DNA of 64,000 bases, from NCBI GenBank assembly GCA_963850215.1, contig CAWKKI010000004.1, forward strand, positions 143,588 through 207,587. The letters are read 5' to 3'. Source of the stretch: an uncultured Actinomycetota bacterium. GTDB lineage: Bacteria; Actinomycetota; Actinomycetes; UBA12327. The position numbers and the translations under genes were made by a program. Shown in pieces: positions 8,095 to 17,165 of this stretch. Under the pieces are notes generated by a model. It searched no databases and had not been told where the DNA came from. It saw only the letters and a list, made by a program, of their open reading frames with translations. Positions within the stretch are counted from its first letter, which is position 1, and every line of letters begins with the position of its first letter.

Positions 8095-9675
8095 TTGGAT
8101 GTGACGGCGGACCCGCGATCGTGGTTCCTATCTGCTCTTGAGCGCGGCAACCCTGACACCGTGATCGACGCTCGGCATGCCGACGGTCGCGCGTTTACGG
8201 ATGGCAACGAGGTGCGTTCGCTCGTTCACGGTGCCGTGTATTACGCCGAGTTGTTGGACCGGCTCCGGAAAACGCGCGCGGGGGATCTGGTCCTTTTCAC
8301 CGACTGGCGCGGTGATCCGGACGAGCGCCTCCAAGCTGAAGGTGTCGAGATCGGCCAGGCCCTCGCGGCGTGCGCGAGTCGCGACGTCACGGTGTGTGGG
8401 CTCGTGTGGCGATCGCATCTCGACAAGCTGGCGTTCAGCGCCAGGGAGAACCGCCACCTCGGCGAGGAGATCGATGCGGCTGGTGGTGAATGTCGTCTCG
8501 ATATGCGTGTGCGGCCCCTGGGCTCGCACCACCAGAAACTCGTGGTCATTCGGTGTCCCGGCCGACCGCAGCTTGACGTTGCGTTCGTCGGCGGCATCGA
8601 CCTGTGCCACAGCAGACGTGACAACGAGAAGCACGAGGGTGATCCGCAACCGCAACAGATGGCCGATTGGTACGGCCCGCGTCCGCCCTGGCACGACATT
8701 CAGTTGAGAATCACAGGCCCCGCGGTCGGGGACCTTGAGGCGACGTTTCGCGAACGATGGGCCGACCCAACGCCGCTATCCCGCAACCCGCTTCGTGTCG
8801 TGACCGACCGCCTTCGGGGAGCAACGGCATCGACGAGTGAACTCCCGACGCAACTCCCTGACCCTGAACCCGTCGGTGACGACTCGATCCAAGTGCTGCG
8901 GACGTATGCGATGCGCCATCCCGGATATCCCTTTGCCCGTGATGGTGAACGGTCCGTTGCCCGCAGTTACGAGAAGGCCTTCGCGCGTGCGAGCCGCCTG
9001 GTCTATCTGGAGGATCAGTACCTCTGGTCGGTGCGGGCGGCCGACCTGTTGTCCAAGGCTTTGCGCAGGTCACCAGAACTGCGACTCATCGCGGTAATAC
9101 CGATGTTGCCAGATCAGGACGGCCGGCTGAGTACGCCTCCGAACCTGGTGAGTCGGGGCAAAGTTCTTGAGCTACTGCGCAAGGCGGGTGGCGACCGTGT
9201 TGCCGTCTACGGGTTGGAGAACCACCAGGGCACGCCTGTGTATGTACACGCGAAGGTCTGCGCGATTGACGACGAATGGGTGACCGTGGGTTCGGACAAC
9301 CTCAACCGAAGATCGTGGACGCATGACTCAGAGGTGACGTGCGCCGTCGTCAATCCTGTCGAGAGCACCAACGGTCCCGCCCGAGCCCTTCGATTGCAGT
9401 TGGCGCAAGAACATCTCGACCTGCCCGACTCGGATGCGGCCATCCAGGTCGCTGGTGACCCGCTCGACATGTTCGACGCCTTCAGGGCTGCGGCGGGTGC
9501 CCTCGACGCGTGGCACGCGTCGAACGACGGTGACGCGCGACCCGCCGGTCGCTTGCGCACATATGAGCAGCCTCCACTCAGGCCCTCCGCGCGCGCGTTC
9601 GCGTCTATCGCGTACCGCGCCTTCTACGACCCCGATGGGCGGTCCGTCGCCGCGCGGGTCAAAGGGATCTACTGA
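8095..9675 (+). CDS. phospholipase D family protein (two HKD-type motifs)
   Basis: Motifs are GSHHQKLVVIR and VHAKVCAIDDEWVTVGSDNLNRRS. The start is TTG at 8095 or GTG at 8101. Confidence 0.85.
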   Translation: MDVTADPRSWFLSALERGNPDTVIDARHADGRAFTDGNEVRSLVHGAVYYAELLDRLRKTRAGDLVLFTDWRGDPDERLQAEGVEIGQALAACASRDVTVCGLVWRSHLDKLAFSARENRHLGEEIDAAGGECRLDMRVRPLGSHHQKLVVIRCPGRPQLDVAFVGGIDLCHSRRDNEKHEGDPQPQQMADWYGPRPPWHDIQLRITGPAVGDLEATFRERWADPTPLSRNPLRVVTDRLRGATASTSELPTQLPDPEPVGDDSIQVLRTYAMRHPGYPFARDGERSVARSYEKAFARASRLVYLEDQYLWSVRAADLLSKALRRSPELRLIAVIPMLPDQDGRLSTPPNLVSRGKVLELLRKAGGDRVAVYGLENHQGTPVYVHAKVCAIDDEWVTVGSDNLNRRSWTHDSEVTCAVVNPVESTNGPARALRLQLAQEHLDLPDSDAAIQVAGDPLDMFDAFRAAAGALDAWHASNDGDARPAGRLRTYEQPPLRPSARAFASIAYRAFYDPDGRSVAARVKGIY

Positions 9676-9861
9676 TCCCCGCGATATTCGTTCTGCTCAG
9701 TCCGCGAGTGCGCTGCGATTCTGATCTGGGCGTTGTGCCGGGGGATCAACAGCGGGTCCTGACCTGGTTCGAGGCTGTCACGAGCGCCGTGACGCGTCCG
9801 AACGCCACGGAGAGATGAGGGGATAAGCAGGTTCGTGAAATTCCGCCGCTCAAATGGGTAG

Positions 9862-10794
9862 TTGAAGGACATGACGATGGTCGCGGTGGTGGCGCATGCA
9901 GGAAAGACGCTCGGTGGCGGTCTTGGGGAGTTGCGAAGGGTGCTGGCGGACAACGGGTTCGCGGACCCATTGTGGTTCGAAGTGGCCAAGTCGAAAAGGG
10001 CACCCAAGCGCGCGCGGCAGGCGGTCAAGGCCGGAGCGGACATCGTGTTCGTCTGGGGCGGTGACGGAACGGTGCAGCGTTGCATCGACGCGCTCGCGGG
10101 AACTGGTGTGGAGATCGCGATCCTTCCTGCTGGGACCGCGAACCTGCTGGCCAGCAACCTCGGCATCCCGAAAGACGTGACCGAGGCGGTCACTGTGGGC
10201 TTGCACGGAGATCGCCGTCGCTTGGACACGGGCACGGTCAATGGTGAGCACTTTGCGGTGATGGCCGGCGCCGGGTTGGACGCACTGATGATCCGAGACG
10301 CCGATCGTGGACTTAAGGATCGTGTCGGTCGGGCCGCTTACCTATGGACTGGCGCGAAGAACCTCGATGCCGCGCGAGTCAAGGCAGTGGTGCGCGTCGA
10401 CGGTAAGCGCTTCTTCAAAGGGCGCCTGTCCTGCGTCCTGATCGCAAACGTTGGCAAAGTCATTGCTGGCATTCAGGCCTTCGAGGGTGCTCAGCCCAAT
10501 GACGGTCGGCTTGAATTGGGCGTGGTTACTGCGAAGAACTCAGTCCAGTGGGCCCGCACGCTCGCGCGGGTAGCGACAGGCAAGGCGGAGAAGTCACGGT
10601 ACGTACACGTCACGTCCGGCAAGGTCTTCACACTCGCCTTCGATCGCCGTTTCCGGTACGAGCTCGATGGAGGGGACCGGCCGCCAGTCAAGAAGATTCG
10701 CGTTGAGGTACGTCCGGGTTCGATCACCGTATGTGTGCCGTCGGGAGACTGGTCACCTACCGATCTTCGTCGTGCTCCAGTGTTCGTCGGCTAG
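9862..10794 (+). CDS. diacylglycerol/lipid kinase (YegS/BmrU/DAGK catalytic domain)
   Basis: DIVFVWGGDGTVQRCIDAL...ILPAGTANLLASNLGIP matches the family. ATG at 9871 is the more likely start. Confidence 0.85.
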   Translation: MKDMTMVAVVAHAGKTLGGGLGELRRVLADNGFADPLWFEVAKSKRAPKRARQAVKAGADIVFVWGGDGTVQRCIDALAGTGVEIAILPAGTANLLASNLGIPKDVTEAVTVGLHGDRRRLDTGTVNGEHFAVMAGAGLDALMIRDADRGLKDRVGRAAYLWTGAKNLDAARVKAVVRVDGKRFFKGRLSCVLIANVGKVIAGIQAFEGAQPNDGRLELGVVTAKNSVQWARTLARVATGKAEKSRYVHVTSGKVFTLAFDRRFRYELDGGDRPPVKKIRVEVRPGSITVCVPSGDWSPTDLRRAPVFVG

Positions 10795-10808
10795 AAGATA
10801 GTCAGCAG

Positions 10809-12470
10809 ATGCGCCCCGACGCGGCTGGTACCCCCGGTGATCCGTTGGAACAGGACGCGCCAGACAATCCGATCGATGACCCCGGCATCCCTTTGTGGTT
10901 TCTCACCGATCACGCTCGGGGAAATTCCGCAACGGACCTAAGGACCTTCACCACGGGCAACGATGTAACTCCACTGGTCGACGGGCGCAACTACTTCGCT
11001 CGTCTGTGTGCCGAACTCGGAGCGACCACCAAAGGCGATCAGGTCTATGTTCTCGACTTCCGCGGTGACCTCGGCGAGCGTCTGGCTGGCGCAGGTACTG
11101 AGATCGGGACGGTGCTCGGACAGGCGGCAGCTCGCGGCGTGCACGTATTCGGGCTGCTGTGGCGCTCACACCCGAAAGCCATGCAGCAGTCGGAGGAGGC
11201 GAACGCGGAGTTCGTTCGCTCCATCGACGAGGACGGCGGCCAGGTGCTGCTCGACGCTCGCACGCGCCGTGCTGGCAGCCATCACCAGAAACTCGTCGTG
11301 ATCCGACGCAAGAATGCCCCAGACAAGGACGTGGCTTTCGTTGGCGGAATCGATTTGGGGCTCAGTCGCAACGACGACTCCGATCACGACGGTGACCCGC
11401 AGGTCATGGATTTCCCGGAGATCTACGGCGCGCGACCGCCGTGGCACGACATTCAGGCGGAGGTCCGCGGTCCGGCGGTGCACGATCTGGAGCACACGTT
11501 CCGTGAGCGTTGGTATGGCAGCAGTGCGCTCGACCTGACGAGTCCGATCCGTCAGCTGTACGACCGCACGTATCACATGGGAGTTATGACGAGCAGACCG
11601 TTGCCTGAGCCGGTCGATGATGATGAGACCCGACGAGGCTCGCACGCAGTGCAGGTTCTGCGCACCTACCCGGCCCGGTTACGTCGGTATCCGTTCGCGC
11701 CGCTCGGCGAACGCAGCATCGCGCATGCGTATCGGAAGTCGTTCGGTCAAGCGCGCTCGCTGATCTACCTGGAGGATCAGTACCTGTGGTCACGGCCCGT
11801 TTCGGACCTGCTCGCCCAGGCACTGGCCGACAACCCGAAGCTGCACGTGATTGTTGTTGTCCCCCGCTATCCAGATCGGGACGGTCGCATCACGCGCGAA
11901 CCCGCGTTGCTGGGGCGTTACGACGCCGTCCGAGCATGCGCGCGCGCAGGCGGTGATCGATTCGCGGTCTATGACTTGGAGAACCACGCCGGTACTCCCG
12001 TCTACGTCCATGCAAAGACGGCCGTGGTCGATGACGTGTGGGCAATCATCGGTTCGGACAACCTCAATCGGCGGTCGTGGAGTCACGACAGCGAGTTGTC
12101 CATAGCCGTTCTCGACGCGACCAAGGACACAAGGGAGCCGGTCGATCCTGCGAGCACCGGCGACGGGGCAAGGACATTCGCCCGCGACCTACGACTGCGA
12201 CTGGCTCGTGAACATCTAGATCGCACCGCCGATGACGTTGACGATTTGATTGATCCATTGAGCGCCTTTAACGCGTTTAGATCTCAAGCCGAAACTCTCG
12301 AGCGTTGGCATCAGGAGGGCCAGGCTGGTGTGCGCCCCCCGGGGCGAATTCGCCCACACCAGCCCGAAGCAGTATCGAGGGCGACCCGGCTATGGGCGTC
12401 GCCCCTGCTGCGGGTCATGTACGACCCGGATGGACGAGCAGTGCGCGACCGCATACGCAGGCGGCCGTAG
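10809..12470 (+). CDS. phospholipase D family protein, paralogue of 8095..9675
   Basis: Motifs are GSHHQKLVVIRR and VHAKTAVVDDVWAIIGSDNLNRRS. It aligns by eye along its whole length with the first PLD. Confidence 0.85.
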   Translation: MRPDAAGTPGDPLEQDAPDNPIDDPGIPLWFLTDHARGNSATDLRTFTTGNDVTPLVDGRNYFARLCAELGATTKGDQVYVLDFRGDLGERLAGAGTEIGTVLGQAAARGVHVFGLLWRSHPKAMQQSEEANAEFVRSIDEDGGQVLLDARTRRAGSHHQKLVVIRRKNAPDKDVAFVGGIDLGLSRNDDSDHDGDPQVMDFPEIYGARPPWHDIQAEVRGPAVHDLEHTFRERWYGSSALDLTSPIRQLYDRTYHMGVMTSRPLPEPVDDDETRRGSHAVQVLRTYPARLRRYPFAPLGERSIAHAYRKSFGQARSLIYLEDQYLWSRPVSDLLAQALADNPKLHVIVVVPRYPDRDGRITREPALLGRYDAVRACARAGGDRFAVYDLENHAGTPVYVHAKTAVVDDVWAIIGSDNLNRRSWSHDSELSIAVLDATKDTREPVDPASTGDGARTFARDLRLRLAREHLDRTADDVDDLIDPLSAFNAFRSQAETLERWHQEGQAGVRPPGRIRPHQPEAVSRATRLWASPLLRVMYDPDGRAVRDRIRRRP

Positions 12471-12479
12471 CCAGGTCCG

Positions 12480-13340
12480 CTACGACTCATGCGTGCGTGC
12501 TCGCCAGTCCCGCCTGCGCAAGAGGGCCAACGTGGTCGCGGCTGCGGCCAACCAGGTCAAACCGAATAGCCAGCCAGCGATGACGTCTGTTGGCCAGTGC
12601 ACACCGAGCCACACGCGACTCGTGCCGACGCAGAAGGCCCACGCGCCAGCACCTATCCAGACCAGGACTCGCGGCCATCCGCTTCGAACGCGGCTGGCAA
12701 TCACCCACCCGGCGGCGAGCGCTACCAATGTCGCGCAGGTGGTGTGGCCGGACGGAAAGGATGGTCCACCGGCGGCGCCCGCCCAGTCGACCGTCGGCGG
12801 TCGCGTGCGGTCGACGAAGACGTTGAGACGCGTCTCGAGCCATATGCCGACGCTAGCGACGACCGTCACCAGCAAGCCGGTCTGCAGCCGACGCCAGTAG
12901 TCGCGGCCGCCTTTGGCGGCCACAGTTGCGATGACGAGCAATGCCGGCACCATGAGCGACGTCACTCCGCCGTGCGTAACGAGCCGCGCCAGGGTGACGC
13001 TCCACGACGTGCGATGCTCGACCACCCAGCGATGGATGGTCTCGTCGAAACTGGGGACGCCGCTGCCGTGGCCGACGACCCAGATCGTGAGCAGGGTCAG
13101 CGCCACACCCGCGGACACGAACAAAACTGCGGTACCTACCCAGGTTCCAGTTGGTGTGACGGGGCCGACTTTGGCCACGTCGACCGCGACGGCAGACTCG
13201 GCTACCGATTCACCACTGGTCGGCGCCACAGCCTCCTGCACCACATTGAGCGCGGTGTCGGCGGCATTGCTGGCCACAGCCGGGTTGGAGTCCTTCGTGT
13301 CGTTCTGTGTCTCGAACGAGGACGTGTCCGCAGGTGTCAC
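12480..13340 (-). CDS. PAP2 family phosphatase (membrane)
   Basis: Motifs are PSGHT and SRVWLGVHWPTDV. The GTG start at 13340 overlaps the upstream TGA as GTGA. Confidence 0.8.
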   Translation of the reverse strand: MTPADTSSFETQNDTKDSNPAVASNAADTALNVVQEAVAPTSGESVAESAVAVDVAKVGPVTPTGTWVGTAVLFVSAGVALTLLTIWVVGHGSGVPSFDETIHRWVVEHRTSWSVTLARLVTHGGVTSLMVPALLVIATVAAKGGRDYWRRLQTGLLVTVVASVGIWLETRLNVFVDRTRPPTVDWAGAAGGPSFPSGHTTCATLVALAAGWVIASRVRSGWPRVLVWIGAGAWAFCVGTSRVWLGVHWPTDVIAGWLFGLTWLAAAATTLALLRRRDWRARTHES

Positions 13341-14080
13341 GTGAGGGCCTCTTTCCGGTCGCGCCACTCGCTCGAGGGGAGCAGAGTGCTGATGACGAGC
13401 CACAGCCACAGACCACCGACAATGGCACCCACGATGACGTCAGTCGGGTAGTGCATTCCGCGGTAAAGGCGCGACAAACCCACCGCGACTGGCATGCAAA
13501 AGAGCACGACGGCGATGATGAGAGTCAACGCCCGTCGACCGTAGATCCACAACAACAGGATCGCGATACAGCCGTACATCGCGGTCGCTGCCGCGGTGTG
13601 CCCCGACGGGAAACTCGACGTCGGCGGGGACAGGTCGAGACGAGGAACAGGCGGGCGTGCGCGGTGAACGGTCGCTGTAACCGCGAGGAAGACAAGGAGC
13701 TCACCTGTGATAGCGACGATTAGAACGCACGACTCGTACCAACGATGCAGCCGCCAACGCAGAAGCAGCACGACCACAAACGTCACCGCAATGGCGGTCT
13801 GGGTGTTTGCGGCCCGGCTGCCCAGCGCGGTCACGGTGTTCCACGAATTGCTGCGGTGGCCAACGAACCACTGGTCGATCGAAAGGTCGTGTTGGTGGAA
13901 GGCGCCATTGGCGAACAAGTGAGTGATCGCGAGCCCGATCAGGGAGATCATCGCCCACAGTGCGATGGCGCCTCCGATCAACCTGAACGCCACCATCTTC
14001 CGGCTCCCGACAGGATGCGGTCGAGCCGGAATTGCACGCCCCAGGTGAATCGGCGTTGGTGTCTGCAACTGAGCTGACAT
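13337..14080 (-). CDS. PAP2 family phosphatase (membrane), paralogue
   Basis: Motifs are FPSGHTAAA and SRLYRGMHYPTDV, with multiple TM segments. Confidence 0.8.
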   Translation of the reverse strand: MSAQLQTPTPIHLGRAIPARPHPVGSRKMVAFRLIGGAIALWAMISLIGLAITHLFANGAFHQHDLSIDQWFVGHRSNSWNTVTALGSRAANTQTAIAVTFVVVLLLRWRLHRWYESCVLIVAITGELLVFLAVTATVHRARPPVPRLDLSPPTSSFPSGHTAAATAMYGCIAILLLWIYGRRALTLIIAVVLFCMPVAVGLSRLYRGMHYPTDVIVGAIVGGLWLWLVISTLLPSSEWRDRKEALT

Positions 14081-14095
14081 CGTCGTCTACCTTGC

Positions 14096-14953
14096 TCAGA
14101 CCCGCCGATAGCGAGCCTCGGCCAGGCCATAGACCCCGAAGATGATCAAGCCGACACCCGCGAGCGCCAGATAAAGGTGGCCGAACGGACGGTCCGCCAA
14201 CGTGCGCAGCGCTCCGTCGAGGCCGCCGGCCTTCGCGGCGTTGTACGTCCAGGCAGCCGACACGACGAGCACCCCCGCAAGCGCGAAAACGAGTCCGCGC
14301 GCGACGGTGCCGGCTCGGCCCAACTGGCGGATCCACCCGCGTGTGCGCGGGTTCATGCCACCTGCGGGGAAGTAGCGCATGAATGCCAGCCTGAAGCCGT
14401 CGATGACCATGATCACGCCAACGATCGTGATCACTACACCGACCAGACCAACGAGCCACCGCCCACCCGAGTGCGACATGACCTCCGCCGCGTAGCCGCG
14501 CTGCTGGGACGTTTGCGACTTGCGTGAGCCGAGAAGCAACGCGACCGAGGTGTAGGCGAAGAAGCCATAGATGAGGCCGCGCGCCAATGACTGCACACGG
14601 GGTCCAATCTTGCGGCCCTCCCCGACGACGCCGAAGGCCGCTTCAGACAAGCGCCATAGCGAATAGCACGCGAAGCCGATCGCCATGAGCGCGACGACCC
14701 AGGCACCGAACGGCTTGGCTAGCACCTGCTCCAGCGCGCCCTTCTGGTCGACTTCCGCGCGAGCACCGCGTGACACTAGGAAAGCCAGCACGCCCATCAA
14801 TAGGTAGACCAGCCCGCGAGCCGTCAGTCCTGCGCGCGCAGCCCAATCCATGGGGCGTGCATCCGCGGCTTGCCGCGCCGTGCGAGCGACATGACCGGCT
14901 GCGTAGGCGGGCGATTTTGCGGCCAGCCCCGTTCCGATCCTCAGAGCCCCCAC
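14096..14953 (-). CDS. DUF1206 domain membrane protein
   Basis: Repeated ARG(L)VY..(F/L)G..A pattern. The GTG at 14953 is preceded by a GGAGGG RBS. The longest ORF (to 15073) would overlap the upstream small gene. Confidence 0.75.
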   Translation of the reverse strand: MGALRIGTGLAAKSPAYAAGHVARTARQAADARPMDWAARAGLTARGLVYLLMGVLAFLVSRGARAEVDQKGALEQVLAKPFGAWVVALMAIGFACYSLWRLSEAAFGVVGEGRKIGPRVQSLARGLIYGFFAYTSVALLLGSRKSQTSQQRGYAAEVMSHSGGRWLVGLVGVVITIVGVIMVIDGFRLAFMRYFPAGGMNPRTRGWIRQLGRAGTVARGLVFALAGVLVVSAAWTYNAAKAGGLDGALRTLADRPFGHLYLALAGVGLIIFGVYGLAEARYRRV

Positions 14954-14984
14954 GTCAAACGCCGCCCTCCGTCGCAGATGGCGG

Positions 14985-15236
14985 TCAGTAATAGTGTCGG
15001 CGCCCACCGACTTCTCGACCGACTGCGCCCAGCCCCCACAAGACGGCCCCAATAAGCGCGAAGACGAAGCCAATAACGGTCAGGATCGGGATCTTCAGAA
15101 GAAGACCCATCACCAGCAAGATCACCCCAAAAACGATCACGAAGCCTTCTTCCCCTCGTTCCCATAAGGCGTGCGCAAGCCGAGCGTGAACTTGGGAACC
15201 AGTCTTTGCACTTCGGATCCCCACAAACTGAGTCAT
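14985..15236 (-). CDS. small hydrophobic protein ending in GGRRHYY
   Basis: Two TM helices and a tail typical of a common actinobacterial ~50 aa family. An internal GTG at 15140 with a GAGGGGAAGAAGG RBS gives a 51 aa product. Confidence 0.55.
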   Translation of the reverse strand: MTQFVGIRSAKTGSQVHARLAHALWERGEEGFVIVFGVILLVMGLLLKIPILTVIGFVFALIGAVLWGLGAVGREVGGRRHYY

Positions 15237-15494
15237 CTGCGGGGCCCGTCTCGAGTGAGTTGTTGCAGTCCCTGTTCGCGGTCATCTTGCTCAACTACCC
15301 CGCTTCCTGTCTGACTAGCCATCCACGGTTGTCGTGGAGGAAGACGGGCCAGCGGCGGGCACTGCAGTTGTCGAGCGGGTGAGATTGAAGGGCGAGTCCG
15401 GTCACGGCCGCAGTGCTCCTTGGTCCGTCCGGCCGCGCCGGTGTGCGAGCGCTTGCCGCCGCCGTGGCCCGAGGAGACGTCCCGCTCGGACAGC

Positions 15495-15887
15495 TCACCG
15501 TCGGGCGAGTCCAAGACGGCGAGCCCGGCCGGCAGCATGGGACGCGGTGGCCGCAAACGTCGTGGCCACAGCGGCGGATACCAGAGCCGGGCGACGCCAA
15601 CTCGCGCTTCGCGCCGCGAGGAAGAGCATCGTCGCGGCGTGGAGTTCGTCGACTCCTGCGCCAAGGCTAAGCACCGCTGGGGTCGGTCGGGCCGCGTAAA
15701 CCAGTGCCTGGCCCGTTTCGCGCAAACCCAAGACGCGCACGAGGGCGCGTTCGGTGGCCGTGGCGCGGCGTCCAGCGACAAACTCCACGATGGTCCCCGG
15801 CCAGGCGATCAACGCCAACCCGTAGCCCGTTCGGATCCAGCCGCCGGCCGTCAACGAAGGCGCCTCCCTCCGTAGCGCGCCCCGCAT
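15495..15887 (-). CDS. hypothetical membrane protein
   Basis: 130 aa, third-position GC about 76% by hand count. Lies directly downstream of the SDR gene. Confidence 0.4.
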   Translation of the reverse strand: MRGALRREAPSLTAGGWIRTGYGLALIAWPGTIVEFVAGRRATATERALVRVLGLRETGQALVYAARPTPAVLSLGAGVDELHAATMLFLAARSASWRRPALVSAAVATTFAATASHAAGRARRLGLARR

Positions 15888-15914
15888 CGACCAGCTCGAT
15901 CGCTCACACCCCAG

Positions 15915-16940
15915 TCATCTCGCGGGCCGAACCCGACCTCGAGCGATGGCGACCGCAAGCGCTGCCGTGCCAAGGCTCGCGAGTCCCGCCCCAATCAAGC
16001 CGTGGCGTTGGCTGGCCCACAACTGGAAGCTGCGGGAAGTCGATCGGTCGTCGAAGACCCCGTGCGCGCCGTAGTCATGCCCTTCGGCCCCGTCAGCGGG
16101 TTCCCACAGATTCTCGGCCTGCTCATCGTCGTCCGGAATGTCGGTCTGCTGTGAGGAGAACCCCGTTCGTGCGAGGTAGCGGTCGAGGACAGCGGGCGCA
16201 ATTGCGTTCGCGATCAGCGTGGCCGCAGTGCTTCCGCCGACCCAGTACTCGCGGCGATTTGGATGATCGGCGGCATACAGAACGCCCCTCGCAGCAACCT
16301 CGGGCTGGTAGATCGGGGGCACCGGTTGCGCGTGACTGGGCAACCGCGAAAGCACCCAGGAGAACTGCGGCGTATTGACTGCTGGCATCTGCACCATCGT
16401 CACGTGAATGCCGCTGTGCTCGTGCAACAACTCGCAGCGCAGCGCTTCGTTGAAACCCTGAATTGCATGCTTCGCGCCGCAGTAGGCAGTTTGCAGCGGA
16501 ATCCCGCGGTAGGCCAATGCCGAGCCGACCTGGACGATCGTCCCCCGGTTCGCAGGCCGCATGAGTTCCAGCGCAGCCATGGTGCCGTAGACGTAGCCGA
16601 GGTAACTCACCTCCGTGACCCGCTTGTACTCGGCCGCCTTGATCTTCGTGAACGGAGCGAACACCGACGTAAAACCGTCATTGACCCACAGGTCAATGGG
16701 CCCGAAGGCCGACTCCGCCTCCCGAGCCGCAGCGATGACCTGGTCGTAGTCAGCGACATCGGTGGGCAGCACCAACGCCTTGCCCCCCGCCTGTTCGACA
16801 TCGTCGGCCGCAGCCTGCAAACCGGTGGTACCGCGCGCGAGAAGCGCCACCGACGCACCACGGGCCCCGTAGGCACGCGCTACGGCGCGTCCGATTCCAC
16901 CGCTCGCACCCGTAACGACCACAGTTCGTGCGTCTTTCAT
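15915..16940 (-). CDS. SDR family oxidoreductase with C-terminal membrane-anchor-like extension
   Basis: Carries TGASGGIGRAVA (Rossmann fold) and YCGAKHA (catalytic YxxxK). 341 aa. Confidence 0.85.
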   Translation of the reverse strand: MKDARTVVVTGASGGIGRAVARAYGARGASVALLARGTTGLQAAADDVEQAGGKALVLPTDVADYDQVIAAAREAESAFGPIDLWVNDGFTSVFAPFTKIKAAEYKRVTEVSYLGYVYGTMAALELMRPANRGTIVQVGSALAYRGIPLQTAYCGAKHAIQGFNEALRCELLHEHSGIHVTMVQMPAVNTPQFSWVLSRLPSHAQPVPPIYQPEVAARGVLYAADHPNRREYWVGGSTAATLIANAIAPAVLDRYLARTGFSSQQTDIPDDDEQAENLWEPADGAEGHDYGAHGVFDDRSTSRSFQLWASQRHGLIGAGLASLGTAALAVAIARGRVRPAR

Positions 16941-17011
16941 GCCGCCTCCACACCTAGCCCGAGTCGTAACCAGCCGTGCGGCCAGCCGCGAGTTCGCGTC
17001 TTACACGTGGA

Positions 17012-17036
17012 GTACCCCCCGGCGAGGAGGTCAGAC
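17012..17036 (-). promoter_or_regulatory. candidate SigF/SigB-class promoter (GTCT-N15-GGGTAC) upstream of the SDR gene
   Basis: Minus strand reads GTCTgacctcctcgccgggGGGTAC, about 70 nt 5' of the ATG at 16940. Confidence 0.35.
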
Positions 17037-17165
17037 GTCACGTATGGATGTCGAAGGTCACATGCCTACGGTGGTCGAGGATAATGGCGAAGTGGCTAGG
17101 TGGCTTACCTTCGAAGATCTGCTGGGTACCCCAACGCTGACCTCGATTGCTGCATCAAGCGCGGC

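Noticed and set aside
9856-9861. GGGTAG immediately upstream of the DAG kinase start
   Set aside because: No acceptable -35 element at the right spacing, so I left it out of the motif set.
8095-12470. PLD-fold proteins as nucleases of a defence system
   Set aside because: Both are large two-motif PLDs. They are flanked by a lipid kinase and PAP2 phosphatases, with no helicase, ATPase, methylase or mobile-element context. A lipid role is the more economical reading, though it is untested.
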